A stretch of DNA of 64,000 bases from Schizochytrium sp. TIO01 (Eukaryota; Protista; Bigyra: Labyrinthulomycetes), in NCBI GenBank assembly GCA_004764695.1, contig SMSO01000007.1:1495270-1559269 (forward strand), in the 5' to 3' direction. Position 1 is the first letter of the stretch; each line of letters starts with the position of its first letter. Shown here in pieces: positions 11,801 through 24,400 of this stretch. The notes beneath the pieces were generated by a model that searched no databases, was not told the origin of the DNA, and saw only the letters and a list, made by a program, of their open reading frames with translations. Both the position numbers and the translations under genes were made by a program.

Positions 11801-12871
11801 GGGTGTGGACGCAACAGTTGGCGAGGATGTGACTGAAGATGAAGACGAGGATGAAAAGGCCGCCGGCGCGTGAATTAAAGCGGGCGTGGCAATATCCTTG
11901 GTGTATGCATGCGCCTGCTGATTCTCCAGCATAGTGTTCATGGCGGTGAGCTCATCGGAGTCAATTTCCACTGAAAGAGATGATGCCCTGGCTTTTTCAA
12001 TGAGGTCCGAAATGTCTTGGCTCTGTGGATCCTTCTTGAGCGCTAGCGCGAGTTGAGATATCTGACTCGTTGGTATTGCGAGTGCCTTGGCAATTTTGTC
12101 CACAGTGTACACTTGTGCAGTCCCGTCGTCCATGAGCGAATGCAGCGGCACGTACTGGATATCTTTGACAAAATACAATTCGGGACTCTCCGCCACCACG
12201 TAAATATCGCTGCTTCCCACGCGCACCTCCGTTGCACACAGGTGACACAGAACTGCCAACGCCTCTCCACTACGTGCTCGCGAAAACTCAACATTCATGT
12301 GCTGCTCTGCCATTGTTTTCCACGACTCGCACACCGCCTCCATCACTTCGTCCTCCCGAACTCCTGCAGGGAACGAGACTCCCGAGAACACCCTTTTGCG
12401 TTTCTCCGTCGTTTCCGCACCCTTCTTTACCCCCGCCTTCTCAACTTCTCCAATGTCTTTTCTATCATCTCCGGTATTATGCTCTCCATTTTCACTATGA
12501 TCACCATCACGATCGGCATCAAGATCATGATCACGTCCTTCGCTACTGCCGTCAGTTTCTTCGCGCCGGCCATTTCCAAAATGCTTCGTGCTAGAGCTGG
12601 TATCAGATTGGTCAGCGCCTACACTGTTAGCGCTGGGACTGGCAACGTCGGGGGCGTCGGCAACGCCGTGCACGCGGAAGCCCGCCTGGGTCCAAGTGAG
12701 CACGTGGAGCTCGACTGCCTTACCGATACCGCCCTGGCCTCCAGGCCCTGTAGCGGTCAGGATAGAAGCACAGAGTGTGCGTACATCTACGAGCAGCTCT
12801 CCGCCAGAGCGGAGGCACTCGCGGTCACATGCCTCCGCCAGCACCCCTAGCAGCGGCGTCAGGTGCTCCAT
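8807..12871 (-). CDS. 1354-aa protein: degenerate Asteroid/FAM120-like PIN domain, Ser/His/Asn-rich disordered linker, six ~65-aa winged-helix (OST-HTH/LOTUS-like) repeats
   Basis: Uninterrupted 4-kb ORF. Six internal repeats with consensus A..La.WL....gG...aa.Lg.FYk..P..a..ik..tL..F......lL.W...t.vi. N-terminal LLVD...AGFRVHGVADA...GEALAVL...VVAESPELYF...YVPL...YTVDKIAKALAI pattern. The CDS is secure; the domain labels are inferred. Confidence 0.85.
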   Translation of the reverse strand: MEHLTPLLGVLAEACDRECLRSGGELLVDVRTLCASILTATGPGGQGGIGKAVELHVLTWTQAGFRVHGVADAPDVASPSANSVGADQSDTSSSTKHFGNGRREETDGSSEGRDHDLDADRDGDHSENGEHNTGDDRKDIGEVEKAGVKKGAETTEKRKRVFSGVSFPAGVREDEVMEAVCESWKTMAEQHMNVEFSRARSGEALAVLCHLCATEVRVGSSDIYVVAESPELYFVKDIQYVPLHSLMDDGTAQVYTVDKIAKALAIPTSQISQLALALKKDPQSQDISDLIEKARASSLSVEIDSDELTAMNTMLENQQAHAYTKDIATPALIHAPAAFSSSSSSSVTSSPTVASTPSPAGRHILTGAEVDAEGARVSATINQEGLSGWPHGARSSSSSSSSSSSSSSSSSSSSSSSSSSSSSSSATTASGSHGLMWGSSSSAGLSSFGESLKAAGNRPSNLQSGHDNMNAHGAQSGLHNHLHHHHHHHGDDEEDAILASALRSLESPGGLLSGMLNSSMSTMAMDPFMSPHHHSLNNQDQYVSGNGNTTLNLSSSNSGRSISKSATNGAGVKGGVSGGMDGQMGSASHNHHLHLHHHHSSNNNVAPPNPSSSSSSSSSSSSSSSSSSSTSNNTNGPNNPWGTAGLPSLSTNPFQPLPRSSSGNSNSTNITGFGLSGKTIISNNISNAGVASSSAMSDVDLPPNVTMQDCAEKLANWLRKDFGGSTKAAHLGRFYKANPEIAKLIKTMTLGHFVEENEHLLSWSPTSHVIAVAGEQPTPVLPEQSRAAAEAMVDWIREKHGTQANSHALSMFYKARPDLANVVRGQSLASFIRQNSDLMNWNPKTRVVTLVRADKSGMSHEMNGLEGNAATSMQGRSLANWIAIQHPTSEGEEAFYISNPTLSAMVVAEWLCENHMGATNVANLGAFYRKYPVLAKIIRGQTLHNFTLEHSDILRWNSKTRMLTAVSGPGGSNNSGSSMPMTSTSAAAISPSSSTSVSAISTSSASSAAIMQVSSPSNAFGAGALGHRKSPFADASATSTLGLQADGTSDGLTVSDRSAATLMAMWLEKEFDGSTNAANLGAFYKTHPHINRHVKSKTLQVFINAVPDLLGWDCKTHMIWSARNGASAPTSTPSPSSASSAKAPGAGTGFIGGLSGVPSFAQQQQNMQTMQDTGVARLPSADWKKESLNVANHLASWLMEKSNGPYKASMLGSFYKENPEAAKIIRTRTLGAFCSEHPHLLAWNAKTHVITVKRAGLSPSSRQALAANTKKGAPTVTYTSDSEQLHALCVLRTWLLAEHNGAAEVSDLMDISAKHNKDYNLITLMGITTFCRQYPQWLVYDEHSNRIILAELCS

Positions 12872-13067
12872 CGCAGCGCAGTGAGGCCGACGATGAGGTT
12901 ACCTGCTGCTGCTGCTGCTGCTGAGGCTGCGGAGGCGGGCCGCGACGTTGCTTCGGCGGAGGTCGGCGGCGGTGGATAGACCGAGTCCACTTGACCACCC
13001 ACGCGCCTCGCGCACGAGAGCAGCTCCGTGGATGGTGGTGCACGAGGAGGAGGAGATGCAGACAGAT

Positions 13068-13100
13068 GGACAGATCGATAGATAGATAGATATATAGATG
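13068..13100. repeat. (GATA/GACA)n-like microsatellite upstream of the 1354-aa gene
   Basis: gacagatcgatagatagatagatatatagatg. Confidence 0.55.
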
Positions 13101-13387
13101 GACGGAGGTCGAACGGAGAGAGGGATGGAGACGGGCGATGAAGAAGTCCTCAAAGGGAAGGAAGGAGGCCGGCTCGCGGGATACTCAGTCTACGCGAGAC
13201 CGGCTAAGCGACGCAGGCCCGCACGCGAGGTCCCTCCCGCGGAACCAGGCAAAGGGGAGGGATGTGGAGAAGGGAATAGGATTGGAGACGACTTCTTCTT
13301 CTTCTTCTTCTCCTCTTTCTTCTCCTCTTTCTTCCGCATAGTCAACTTTCGATTTGTTTGTTTATTTTTAACTCACTATATATTCCC

Positions 13388-13596
13388 ATAAAGCATTTAT
13401 TTATATAAAGTATTTATCTATAGAGCATTTATTTATATAAAGTATTTATCTATAGAGCATTTATCTATAGAGCATTTATCTATAAAGCATTTATCTATAA
13501 AGTATTTATCTATAAAGTATTTGTATTTATCTATAAAGTATTTATTTACAAAGTATTTATTTACAAAGTATTTATTTACAAAGTATTTATTTAAAG
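13388..13596. repeat. AT-rich ~15-bp minisatellite (AAAGTATTTATCTAT / AAAGTATTTATTTAC variants)
   Basis: About a dozen imperfect consecutive units are visible, e.g. aagtatttatctata, gagcatttatctata, aaagtatttatttac. Confidence 0.85.
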
Positions 13597-16500
13597 CTAT
13601 TTACCTTTTCGTTTCTTCACAGTCTTCTTCCTCTTATAAGTTATTCTCATCATTCGTTCATTGATGATGTCTCTGTTTTGGATCACTTCTTTCGTCACTC
13701 TTCAGTCCTTTGCCTCCCTGAACCTGGTTTTAGACTGCGTTACACATGGTACGTACCTACGAAAACTGCTGCTTCTATGACCTCCGGTCTCACCTCGGTT
13801 TGTTACGGACGCACGTCCTCGGCTTCGTGGGCTTCTGCAGTTCCAGCCGACATTGGGTCCTCGTTTACACAAAGTGGAGGTGGTGCTCTCGCAGATCTCG
13901 CGAACTGTCGTCGTTCGTAGATCATGACTCGTGAACCATTATTATTTGTGGACTCAAGCTCATCATCGACTTGTGTTCATGAAATACTTAGAACCAGTGT
14001 TTGCCTTCCTCACCGTCTCTGGAAGAATGAGGAGGATGCAGACAGCTGCAATGGACGCATTCCTTGTTGATCGAATTGCGTTCGTAATGAAAGCTTCACA
14101 GACGAGGACTTTGCTGTGTCATCTCAGGGCATTTCCGTGTTCTCTGCACGTTTATCAATCATGCCTCGATGGCAGCAAGCTTGGTGGGGAGATGATTCAT
14201 GCCTTCGATATCCATTGTTACAAGCACTGGAATCCTCACCGGAATCCTCATCGGAATCCACATCGTCATGTGTTCGCAATGACCTTTAAAGAAAGCAGCG
14301 TAGGAGGTGTGCAGGAAGTAAGTGTTGGCGATGTGGATCAATACAACCAAGAGAGAGGTTCAGGACGACGAATACTTGGGGCTGAAGACTGCCAATGTTT
14401 TGCGGTGAAGAAGAAGGTTTTCTGTCTTAGACCTGTGAATTTGGTCGAAACAGCAGGCCATAGAATGACTGGTCACTGACGATGATCCATGATAGTCTAT
14501 GTGGTGTTTTCAACTTGAAGTGAGTTTTTCAAAGAAGGTAACTGCACTTGAAGGGACCAATCGAACGTAAAAGTGGCGCGGTGAAAACTTTTTGCTGCTC
14601 TGAGCTGCTATTTATTGAATTTCAATTGTGTTTTTTTTTGTGAGTTCCTGATTGCAGACAAATAAGTAAGATTATTTGATTGATGAGGTCATGAACTGTG
14701 ATGAAACGAAAAGTTATGAAAGAAACTATCAATTAAAAACCGTAGAACAAAATTGAATGATCTTCCAGAGAAACGAAGAAACACAACCGAGTGACTGCAT
14801 AGCACCACCTCAGATGCATCTATGATGATTCTCAATCCTAGTGAATGACGATTTTCAAGAACTTCTTGAGGAGGAAGAAAAATCGCCTATTCGAGACATT
14901 CGCGTTTGCTCAAGGTCTATGGATAACACCAAACAAGCATAACTGAAAACCAGCCACAAACTTCTCAAAGAAGGACAAACTTGAGTACTGATGGTCAAGG
15001 TTTGCAAAGAACCGTCTTCTGCTTCTCTTATCTCTGAAGTAGTAATTTCCTGCTGTTGCTGGTTTCTTTTCTTTTCTGAGACTAAAAATAGCAAATTATA
15101 TTTATTCTGGTATGTCAAAGCGCCAGCAGCCTGATCTACTTCGCTTCTTACAACTGATGAGATGGACTGCCCAAGAAAGAAAGTCAAAAGTTCAATGTAA
15201 ACGTGACGTGACAATGTCACGGTGGAGCGACGAGGAGCTGAGTGCGCACCCTCACTTTCATTCCATTTCACAAAAATATAAATAATAATACTTATAAATA
15301 CATATATCATATTATGTTTCAATTTTATTAAAAAAAGGTTTTTTAATTAATTGAAATTTTAATAGGTACTACTCTGAATGTTTAGTATTGCTGTTTTCGT
15401 TTTCTTCTTCTTCCTTTTTCCTCTTCCTTTTTTTACTTCAATGTTGTATTAATCTTTGTATAATTTATATATTTAATTTCTTTAATTTAAAAAAATGAAC
15501 ATCATCGTCATGAAAGCTCGTAAGCAGAATCAAAATAATAAAAGGGCCAAAGGTGTTCACATCCTGGGTCAAATCATGCTGGAATTGCTGCAATTGTACT
15601 TTCCTGATTTCCTTTGACAGAACTTGGAGTGAGGTTGCTGATATAAGACTGAAAACCGTGTCACAGAAGTTGTCCTTGTATCTACTCTATCAATCAAATC
15701 AATCTAGTTGTAAAAAGAAATCATTTGCAGGTATGTATATCTCATCTATCTATGTGCTTCTCATCGAGAGTTTCGAGGAATCAACACATCCAAGGTAGAA
15801 CATCAAGTCAGCAGCTACTTTCGTTAATCGCAGCAAGCTCTACACAGAAGTCGATAGGTTCCTACCTCGTTATACTTTCTATCCATTTGCATAGCGAGAA
15901 TCATTTATCGTGAGACTGAGGATATTTCGCATTAAGTGTGTTCATCGTTGCAATGCAAAAACTCAAGGCTCTCATGTCGCGCCAGGGGCCTGAGCGTCTC
16001 GTTCTGCTTTCAATTGTTGCATTGCATCGCATGTTCCACCTCTGAAAATTAGTCTTCAATCTACCGATACCAAGCACTACTAAGAATAGGTCAGCGCTTG
16101 AAAAGAAAAGATGATACGAGCACTGTTATTGCAGTCCCTGAGTTGTCGCGACTAGCTACGAGCTCTAGGTCAATCAATGTGATACAGCTGAGCTAGAGTT
16201 TCCATGTCTACATATGATATCTTTCTACGTTTTAGCCTTTGGAGGTCGGGCACAACGTCTGTCTCACAAGCTCTGCAGGAACTGACATAAACAGAGAGGC
16301 AGCCTAATTCTTAAGATCTTGTGCGGTATCAGCGAGGGTTCTTTTATGCATAACTCATTGCGTGGAGCTTTGCTTGAGCGCGCTTCTACTACACCCAGCA
16401 TGTGTGGTATCCACCTCACCCACGGCTTCACGCATCGTCAGTTGAGCTGATTGTCAAATTATTCACTCATCGATGAAGGAGAATGAATGAACTTTAGGCG

Positions 16501-19500
16501 TGGTAGCTGCTGTTTTAGAATTATGCTCTTATTAGACACGTGCAATCAAATTCACGTTGCCCAGCGCTTTGCCAATATTGAATTCAATGACACCAGCATC
16601 ACCAATATGGCACAATCGTGTGGCACTTGCCCGGATTGTAACCCGGCTTCAAAGTCTGCCGACGATCTTCTGCAGTCTGAGGATCTCTGGCTCCAGAGAG
16701 AAACCAAGCGTATGTTTGAGGAGACAAATATTACTTTGTCTTCGTTTGTTTGCGCCCTTCGTGCAAGACCTTCTCCTCTTCATTTGCATGAACCCAATTT
16801 CCACATGATTTCGTGGAAACCCAGAGTGACATCATCTCGCTTCCCAAATGGTGTTCGACAGCAGGAGCCATCTCTGTGGCCTTTTGCAGTGTCTTTGAGA
16901 ATAAATCCTGATGCTGCCTGCGTTCATTAGCCTGGCTAGATGACTCGGTTATTTATCCCAAAGCATGTGCGTTTGGCTATCTGGCCAGTGCTTTTAATGT
17001 ATCGCCAGATTTTTCATTTTCTATACATTCAAGGTCTTGAAGTCTCCCAGGCAATTTATTAAGCAATATGCCAGGTCACTGCATAAAGCATTCTGTTCGA
17101 GCGTTGGTTACCCTTCGAAAATTGCAATAAAAACTTTTTACTTCTTAAAATTTGCACTGGCATCACAACAAATCATACAACCGAAGAACTGCACCATGGC
17201 CAAAGAGAACAAACTTCAAGAAACATAATTTGAGCTATTAAACTGAAGGCAAAGCAAAGCCGAACCTTATTGCTGATGATTTCTTGAGGAGAGCCAGAAC
17301 CTTAAGGCAACACCTTTCGAGGATGAAAACTCACGTTCTACTCGAGGTGCCTCGAGATGGCAGCACCACAATCAAAAATGAGAAACGCTGCGTACCTACA
17401 ATGACTTCTAGGCTCCGGTAGTAGATACGCATGCTGCGACTCCAGGCTTAGCATGACACTTCTAATTGCAGATCAAGGCTACGAGGAGCTTTGAGATATG
17501 GAGGGCAGTTTAGACATGAGAATTGAATTGACGCTGGGCAACTTGATCTTGATTAAGAAAGTCAAACCGGCCAAACGGGTACTCTTCGTAGAATCCGAGA
17601 TGTTTTGCAAAGCAAAGGATGCTTTCCCTTCTCGGATAGTTAGGATAGTGGTTTGCAGTCAAAGAACTCTCTATCCATCGTCATTTAGGTTCTCACTGAT
17701 ACAGCCTTCCAGCGCACCGACTAACTCCAAACAAGAGCGCTACAGACTAAAAAAACATCAGCCCATAAATTTCACGTGGCCTCGACTTCGTGCCTTGAAG
17801 CTCCACTTTAAGCCCTGCATGGCTTGCTTCTTTACATTACACAATATCCATCGAGTCGTACGATGCTGAGATGATAGCATTTGATATTCACCAGAAACCT
17901 TGCAGATAATCAGCACAAAAAAGTGTTCTGGATACTACTAGCAAGGCAGGTCTCTCCATCATTTGTCTTTGAGATAACCGACTAGATTAAGCTGAGATCT
18001 GCAATTACTATAACAAACGCATCGCAGTTCTAGCGCTCTTTCAACTTATACAGCGAATTTCAGTGCAGCCACAGAACAACTTGAAGGTGCGTACAATTTG
18101 CTTGACTACTACTTCAGTGATCGGGTGGTATCCGGAAAGGTGGCTCCAGCCTTAGGCCCAACGCCCAGCGTATGTATATATACACTGGCAGCTAAAACTA
18201 TCTATAATGCACGCTTGATCTTATGCTCATTCACGAAGTCATAGCGAAGTCCCCGCCGATCACTGCGAAGACCACCATCTTCATCGTGCACCTGTTGTGG
18301 ATGGTCACCACTTTCATTCAACCTTTTAGTCTCGAATAGGGGCATAACTTTGTAACTACCTTACGATGCAATCGTCCTTGAACATAGAAGTAGTAGCCTC
18401 CACTGAGAATGACGATAGAATCATCAAGAGAGTCACGAGAAATGCCAGCTCGAGCGCAACCAAAGACTCGATCAAAATGCTGATCTCAAAATTTGACCTC
18501 TGTAGCGCTCCATGCCGATCTCTGACCCTCGACTCGACTTGTATGCGGGTCAATCGTCACATATTGGCACCTCTTGAGTACACTCGGATTTATGGATTTT
18601 TTTTTAAGTGTGTGAGAAGGTGGTGCCTTCTGACAACGATGAACTCACTGCCAAAGGGAAGAGTATCTGTTAAAACGTATTTGATTGAACGCGCATATAA
18701 AAACCAAACTAAAAAAGCGTTTGGGCTTCATGTTGTGCAGGCAGTAGTACATATGAACGGCAAATAAAGATATGATTGTTGCAAGAACAAGGACCTCATA
18801 TTTTTAAAACGTAGCGCCGTACTTAGTAAATATTTTGTCAAGGCAAACTTGAGAGCACCACTGATGAAGATGTTTTCTAAAAGACTGAACCCAGGGAGGA
18901 CGTACTCTGCATTGCTATCCAAGACATATTTTGCGATCTTTAAATTGGCAGGGCTATCGAGCGAAATTTCCAAACTGACAATTCCTGACTGATGTTGACA
19001 ATATCAGCGCACCTATGAGTCTCTATCCGAAATTTTTGGTGTGTCATTCTCGCTTTCAGCACGTCACCATGCCATAATCTCAGGATCAAGTTGTTATTCG
19101 TTAAGTTTGTTGTAGGTACGGCTCAAGAAATTCATGTAGCAGATGTTTCATGCAGCTACCGAGTTGGAAACTTTGCATTGTTTTCAATCGATGCATGGCA
19201 TGGGTGACATTTTAATAGATCTGTCCATTGCCATGATCATATACGCTACCTTCCCTGGTACATGATTGTGAGAGGTTTTAAAAAGAGCGAATTCGTGGGA
19301 CTGTGCAAGATATCAAGGCGCTCAAGTTTTGAGAGCTTCGCAGAATGGATCAAGTTTCTCTTGAGCGTGGGCTCTACAAGCAGCCTGACTATGTAGAATA
19401 TCTAACGGAGGTCGTAGAAGGATTCTCGAGAACGCCATGGCATTGTACGAACCTTACGAGGATGCTTCTCAAGAACACTCAGAGGAAATCATTTCTAAAA

Positions 19501-21418
19501 AGAGCAAGCAAAGACAGAGAGTCCTCCCGAATGAAGAATGAGCAAATTGACGTTTCCAATGCTGGAGGGCAGAGACAGTGGAGACCAGCACCAGGATTCG
19601 GGTACTTTGAATGTCATGTTATGACGTATAACATTCTAATCATTCCAAAGAAACGAGAACTTCGCACATAAGGGTGTCCGAGTCAGGTACTACGACTCCA
19701 CATCTCGCATCCCTTAATCAAGCTCCACAATATTTCTCCAAGGCCCATACTGCAAATTAAGATCAATTTGTATCAGACTACTTGCGCATTTCGGAGACTC
19801 TGCTCTAGAGTCTGGATCCTGGGACAACTTCAGAAGTGACTCTTATCAGGTACTTTACTAAATTACACTTTCTCTCCTCTTATAAGCAATCAATCATTGT
19901 TGTTTTTTCATTTTAATAAAATAAAGTAAAATATGTCTACCTACTAGGCAGACACTACGCTTAATATCGAAGAGTTGATCTTCGTACTATTATACTAGGA
20001 TATCCTTGAACCCTAGCCCTGACTCCTTGCCGCGGTGTGGGTGTTAGAAATGGGACCAGAAACGACTTTTCTTCTTTCCCTTTAATTTTTTAATTCGAAA
20101 ATGTTCTTTTCTTTGAATGAAGACTGCTCTGGTAAGCATTTTAAGATCTTGAGCGGATATTGAGTGGGACGCAAGACGGGACTCTTCTGACCAAAATGTC
20201 GAAGCGTCAAAGCGTGAATGCGAATCAAGGAAAGAGCATAAGGAAGGTGAATGGAAGAGTCATTTGCAACCTTGAGAAACTGAATTGGAGATCTTGTTGG
20301 AGTTGTTTATTTATGTGACTATTTGTTTGTTTTTCAATTTTAATTTTAATTCTTCTTATTGAATAGTTTCATTGAAAATCCCTCCCTTTGCTTTCATCTT
20401 ATAATACGAAAGTGCTCGCTACTTTTAGGATCTCGGTTTTCGATGGGTGTCACTGTTGTGGAGGAAAACGCGCTTCGGTATGTCTCAAAAAAGAAATAAG
20501 AAATTAATCTTATCCTTTTCTGTGATCTCGTTCAAAGCTTTTCTATCTCGAATGCTTGTGAGATTTGAGGCTGTACTGAAGTATTGGTCGTCCTGAGTTA
20601 GATGGGGCACTCACAGATGAATCAAAGGCGCAAGAACAACAAAGCAAGCATCAGCAGAGTCCTCTCAGGCTAGTAATCCATAGTTTTTCTCGATGTTGGC
20701 ATGACAATATTTATTCAAGTATGAGAAACTTGCTGCATTTTTAAGGTCATGAGAAATCTTACCAAACAGTGAATTGTAGTAAGGTTGGCAACTATATAGT
20801 TTCTTTCTACAATTAAAGAAAGACTTGGTTTTAATCACACGATCCCGAAAACCCCAGGGTTTAGCGAGTAGGTATCGCAAGTTCGTGTTAGTTTTCCACA
20901 TCATTACAGAACAGAAAAAGGACAGAACGATGTTTGCAAGATGGTTTTTATGTTTTTTTTGTTTTGCTTTTATGGCCAGCGAGCTTCATTTTCGCATCTC
21001 TCGAGATCCCCTGACAAAACCTTTCTCGCTCGAGACATTCAATTGCATTTCAGGAGCTTTCCTTGTGGGGCGGGTCAAATAGGGCCAGTAGGTCCCGTGC
21101 TGATCGTACTAGTACCATGCGCTTGCTACCTGGGGTCTCAATTATTACTACAAGTACCTACTACGACTAGGTAAATGTCTCAAGATGGGATGCAAAGTTT
21201 AACGGATAGATGATTAGGCAAAAGCAGGAGCTTGCATTACACTTGAAGCAGCGAACTCTGGATGCGTCAGAATAGTGACAAATAGACGTTAGAAACACCG
21301 ATGGAAATACACTGATTCTGGGTTAGGACCAAGCAGGGTGTCTGTCTAAAAGCCCATTGGCGCTGGAGGCTTCGGGGCCTCCCAGGACTGCTATTCTGCC
21401 CTGCCTCGAAGACAAGCC

Positions 21419-24400
21419 ATGAAAGTGCTCGTCCCAGGGGATCTGGGTTTTGCAGACAGCTACACGGACGACAGAGAAGCATTGCGGCATAGCTCCAGTG
21501 CAAAACTTGCAAGCACTGTAAACAACACCAGCAGGCAGAGCAACAGAAATGCGATGCAGGCCGAAAGCGATGAGGAACTCATCTTGCGACTTCGTTCCGA
21601 GGTAGCAAGGCTTCGCGCTGGATCCAATACGAAAGACGACAGGTCGCCTTTATCGCCGCATGGTACACGTAGTGAGAAAAGAAGTCGAAACATAGCAGGG
21701 AAGTCCTGCCGACCGTGCTCCGCTTCACCTACGCACAGAAGAGGGTCTGCTGCAAAGGAGAAGCGATCTTACGAAGATCGAAAATCTCTCTCCCCAACAA
21801 AGAAAAGAACTCGTAATATGGGAAACAAATCTCAAAGTAAAACAGCGGAACTAGAACGAGCTGTTCGCGAGCTTGCCGAGGAAATTCATCATATTCGCGG
21901 CGAGCATGATGTACAAAAACTACGCAAGCTTGCTTGGGGCCTAAAGCATCAGCTCGATCTTGCAGAAAATGAAAAATCAAAATTGAGGGCAACAGTTCAC
22001 AAAAAAATATTGCAAATCAGACAAATCGAAAAGGAAATGCGACGAACACGCCACGCACTTGATCGTCGATCATCTAGTTCGTCTTCCAAAAAGCGACGGC
22101 CGCGTCATGTGGATGCGCTTGCTGAGGCTCGCGAAATTGAACTGGAATATTTTGGAGATGCAGAACGCTCTGCAATCTCAAGGCGAGACCGCATGGCTCT
22201 TCGTGCACGTGTTCGCTCGATTGAGGAGGAGCGCATAGCAGAAAGTTATGAATTCCGTCGTCGTGAAGAAGCCTTGTACAGAGAAGAAGAACGTCAACGC
22301 AGAAAAGCGGAAAAACGCAGGAGAATGCGAGAAAGACAAAGAGAAAAACGTGATGAGCGACTCCGTGAACTGGAGCAGGAATATCAAACAGAATGGGATG
22401 CGGCGCTACAGCAAGCTCATCCATCTGCTCGCAATACCCGTCCGTCCTTTACCAAGACTGCTAGAGGGAAAGCAAGTAGTGGTGAGGATTATACAGAACA
22501 AGGACAATTTACTGTGCGAATTGCTGAGACATTTTTCCCAACAAATCTTGCTAAACAGAATGTGTTAAGAATGAAGCTTTGCATGTGGCCAAGTGCACAA
22601 ACACAAATGATTGATGCTCCATTCGAAGAATCTGGAACTGTGCAATTTGCTTACTTCAGAGATAATATTCGGACTGCTCCTGAGGCACGTTTGCGAATGG
22701 AGTTATACAGTGATAAAATGCTCATTGCTGTAGGTGATACTTCACTCGAAGATTGCTTGCGAACTTTTCAGGTTGCTCCACGTGTGACAAAACAAGTTTC
22801 CCTAAGCAACGGTTGTGGTGTCCTTAAGCTTGACGTAGCGTATGAAATCTTCCAGGCGCAATCCTCACCGCAATACAGCCAGCAGGAGGCCCACTTTACT
22901 CCGTCTCCTCATAATGACAGACACTATAAGCAAACTCAAAGTCCAACGCTTACCTTGAAAAGCCGACTAGCAATAAGCGACCCAGGAACTGTTCGCGTGC
23001 GAGTAGTACGCGCGATTCAACTTGGGAGATCAGCGAGTAATTTAAATTGCACAGTGCAGCTGACATTGTTACCATGGGAGCAGATCGCGCATACTTCAAC
23101 CAAGTCTATGAATCATAGCGGTGTGAAATGGTCGGCAGAGGAGGCTACATTTGATCTGAACTATCCTGGTCCGCCCCCATTGGGAACTGCCCCTGCGTTA
23201 AAAATTACACTTCTCGGTGCTGATGACATTGCTCCAGGGTCCGCGTTCGTAAGTTTAGAGCCATTTCTTCTATCTCCGTTGGAGACCAAACGTATAGATG
23301 CGCGCCTAATTAACCTTAATGGGCAGGCAACAGGTGAAGTGGAAGTCCATGTTGCGTTTGCTAAAGATGTGCTTGCTCAGCCTAGTCACCTAGAACCCCC
23401 CACCCCCCTCTTTCAAATTGGCAACGACCTTCAATCACGCTTGACACCTAGGAAATCGCCACAAGTTGTAAGCGCTCGACGTGTCAGAGAACCAGCACGA
23501 AGTGTTGAAGCGAATCGCAGGGGGGAGATTCAATCACCACGCAGCGCTATGGTGGAGCAACTAGAATTTACAGGACCTAAAGCGGCACCAAGCGAGCAAC
23601 TTCTTGAACAATTTCGAACTACTGGAACGCTATATATCGTGGCAAAACGCGCCGAGAACCTTTATAATGCCCAAGTTCTCATCAAACAAGACCCCTATGT
23701 TTTAGCTCGACTTCCAGATGGGACTGAAGGGAAAAGCAAACACATCGCACGTGGAGGTGTGAACCCAGTGTGGCACCCAGACGAAGGCACAATTGTTCTC
23801 CAATATTCGGGGCTCCCACAAACTACTCAGTGGCCTTATGTGGATATACAAGTACTAGACAAAGAAATGATTCGAGCTGATCAGGAAATTGGTATTGCAC
23901 GCCTATGGTTGGAGGACTTATCTCCGGTAAAGTTCGAGCACAAACTCACGCTGATCAACTCCACGTCACGAGAGCCTGCTGGCACCTTATACTTGGAAAC
24001 ATGGTGTCATCGTAACAGCCAAGCTCAGATCGTTCATCAACCGTTGTCAAACATAAAACCAGAACTGCAAGTCAGTACCCAAATATCAAAGCAGGAGTCA
24101 CAGATCACACAACGCGGTCTATCTAGCAAGTGGATTACTGAATCAGGTACAATTAAGCTGTCGATAATAGGATGCACAAACTTGAAGAATGTGCAATCCA
24201 TTTCACGCCAAGACCCTTTTGTACAGGTCACTCTACTCCCTGAAAATGATGTTTTCAAATCCAAGACGATCTGGGGAGGAGGTCAAAACCCTGCATGGAG
24301 TGCCGAAGACGGAAGTATCGATATTCCATATGCATGTTCGCCACCTGAAGGAGAGATTGCAGCATTGAAATTTGAAGTATTTGATGCAGAGCATGTTAGA

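Noticed and set aside
11464-11873. Poly-Asp/Glu and poly-hydrophobic ORFs overlapping the 1354-aa gene
   Set aside because: They are alternative-frame or antisense readings of its poly-Ser tract
13388-13596. Possible CRISPR or telomeric array
   Set aside because: Degenerate AT-rich tandem units with no spacers and no telomere-type G-rich motif
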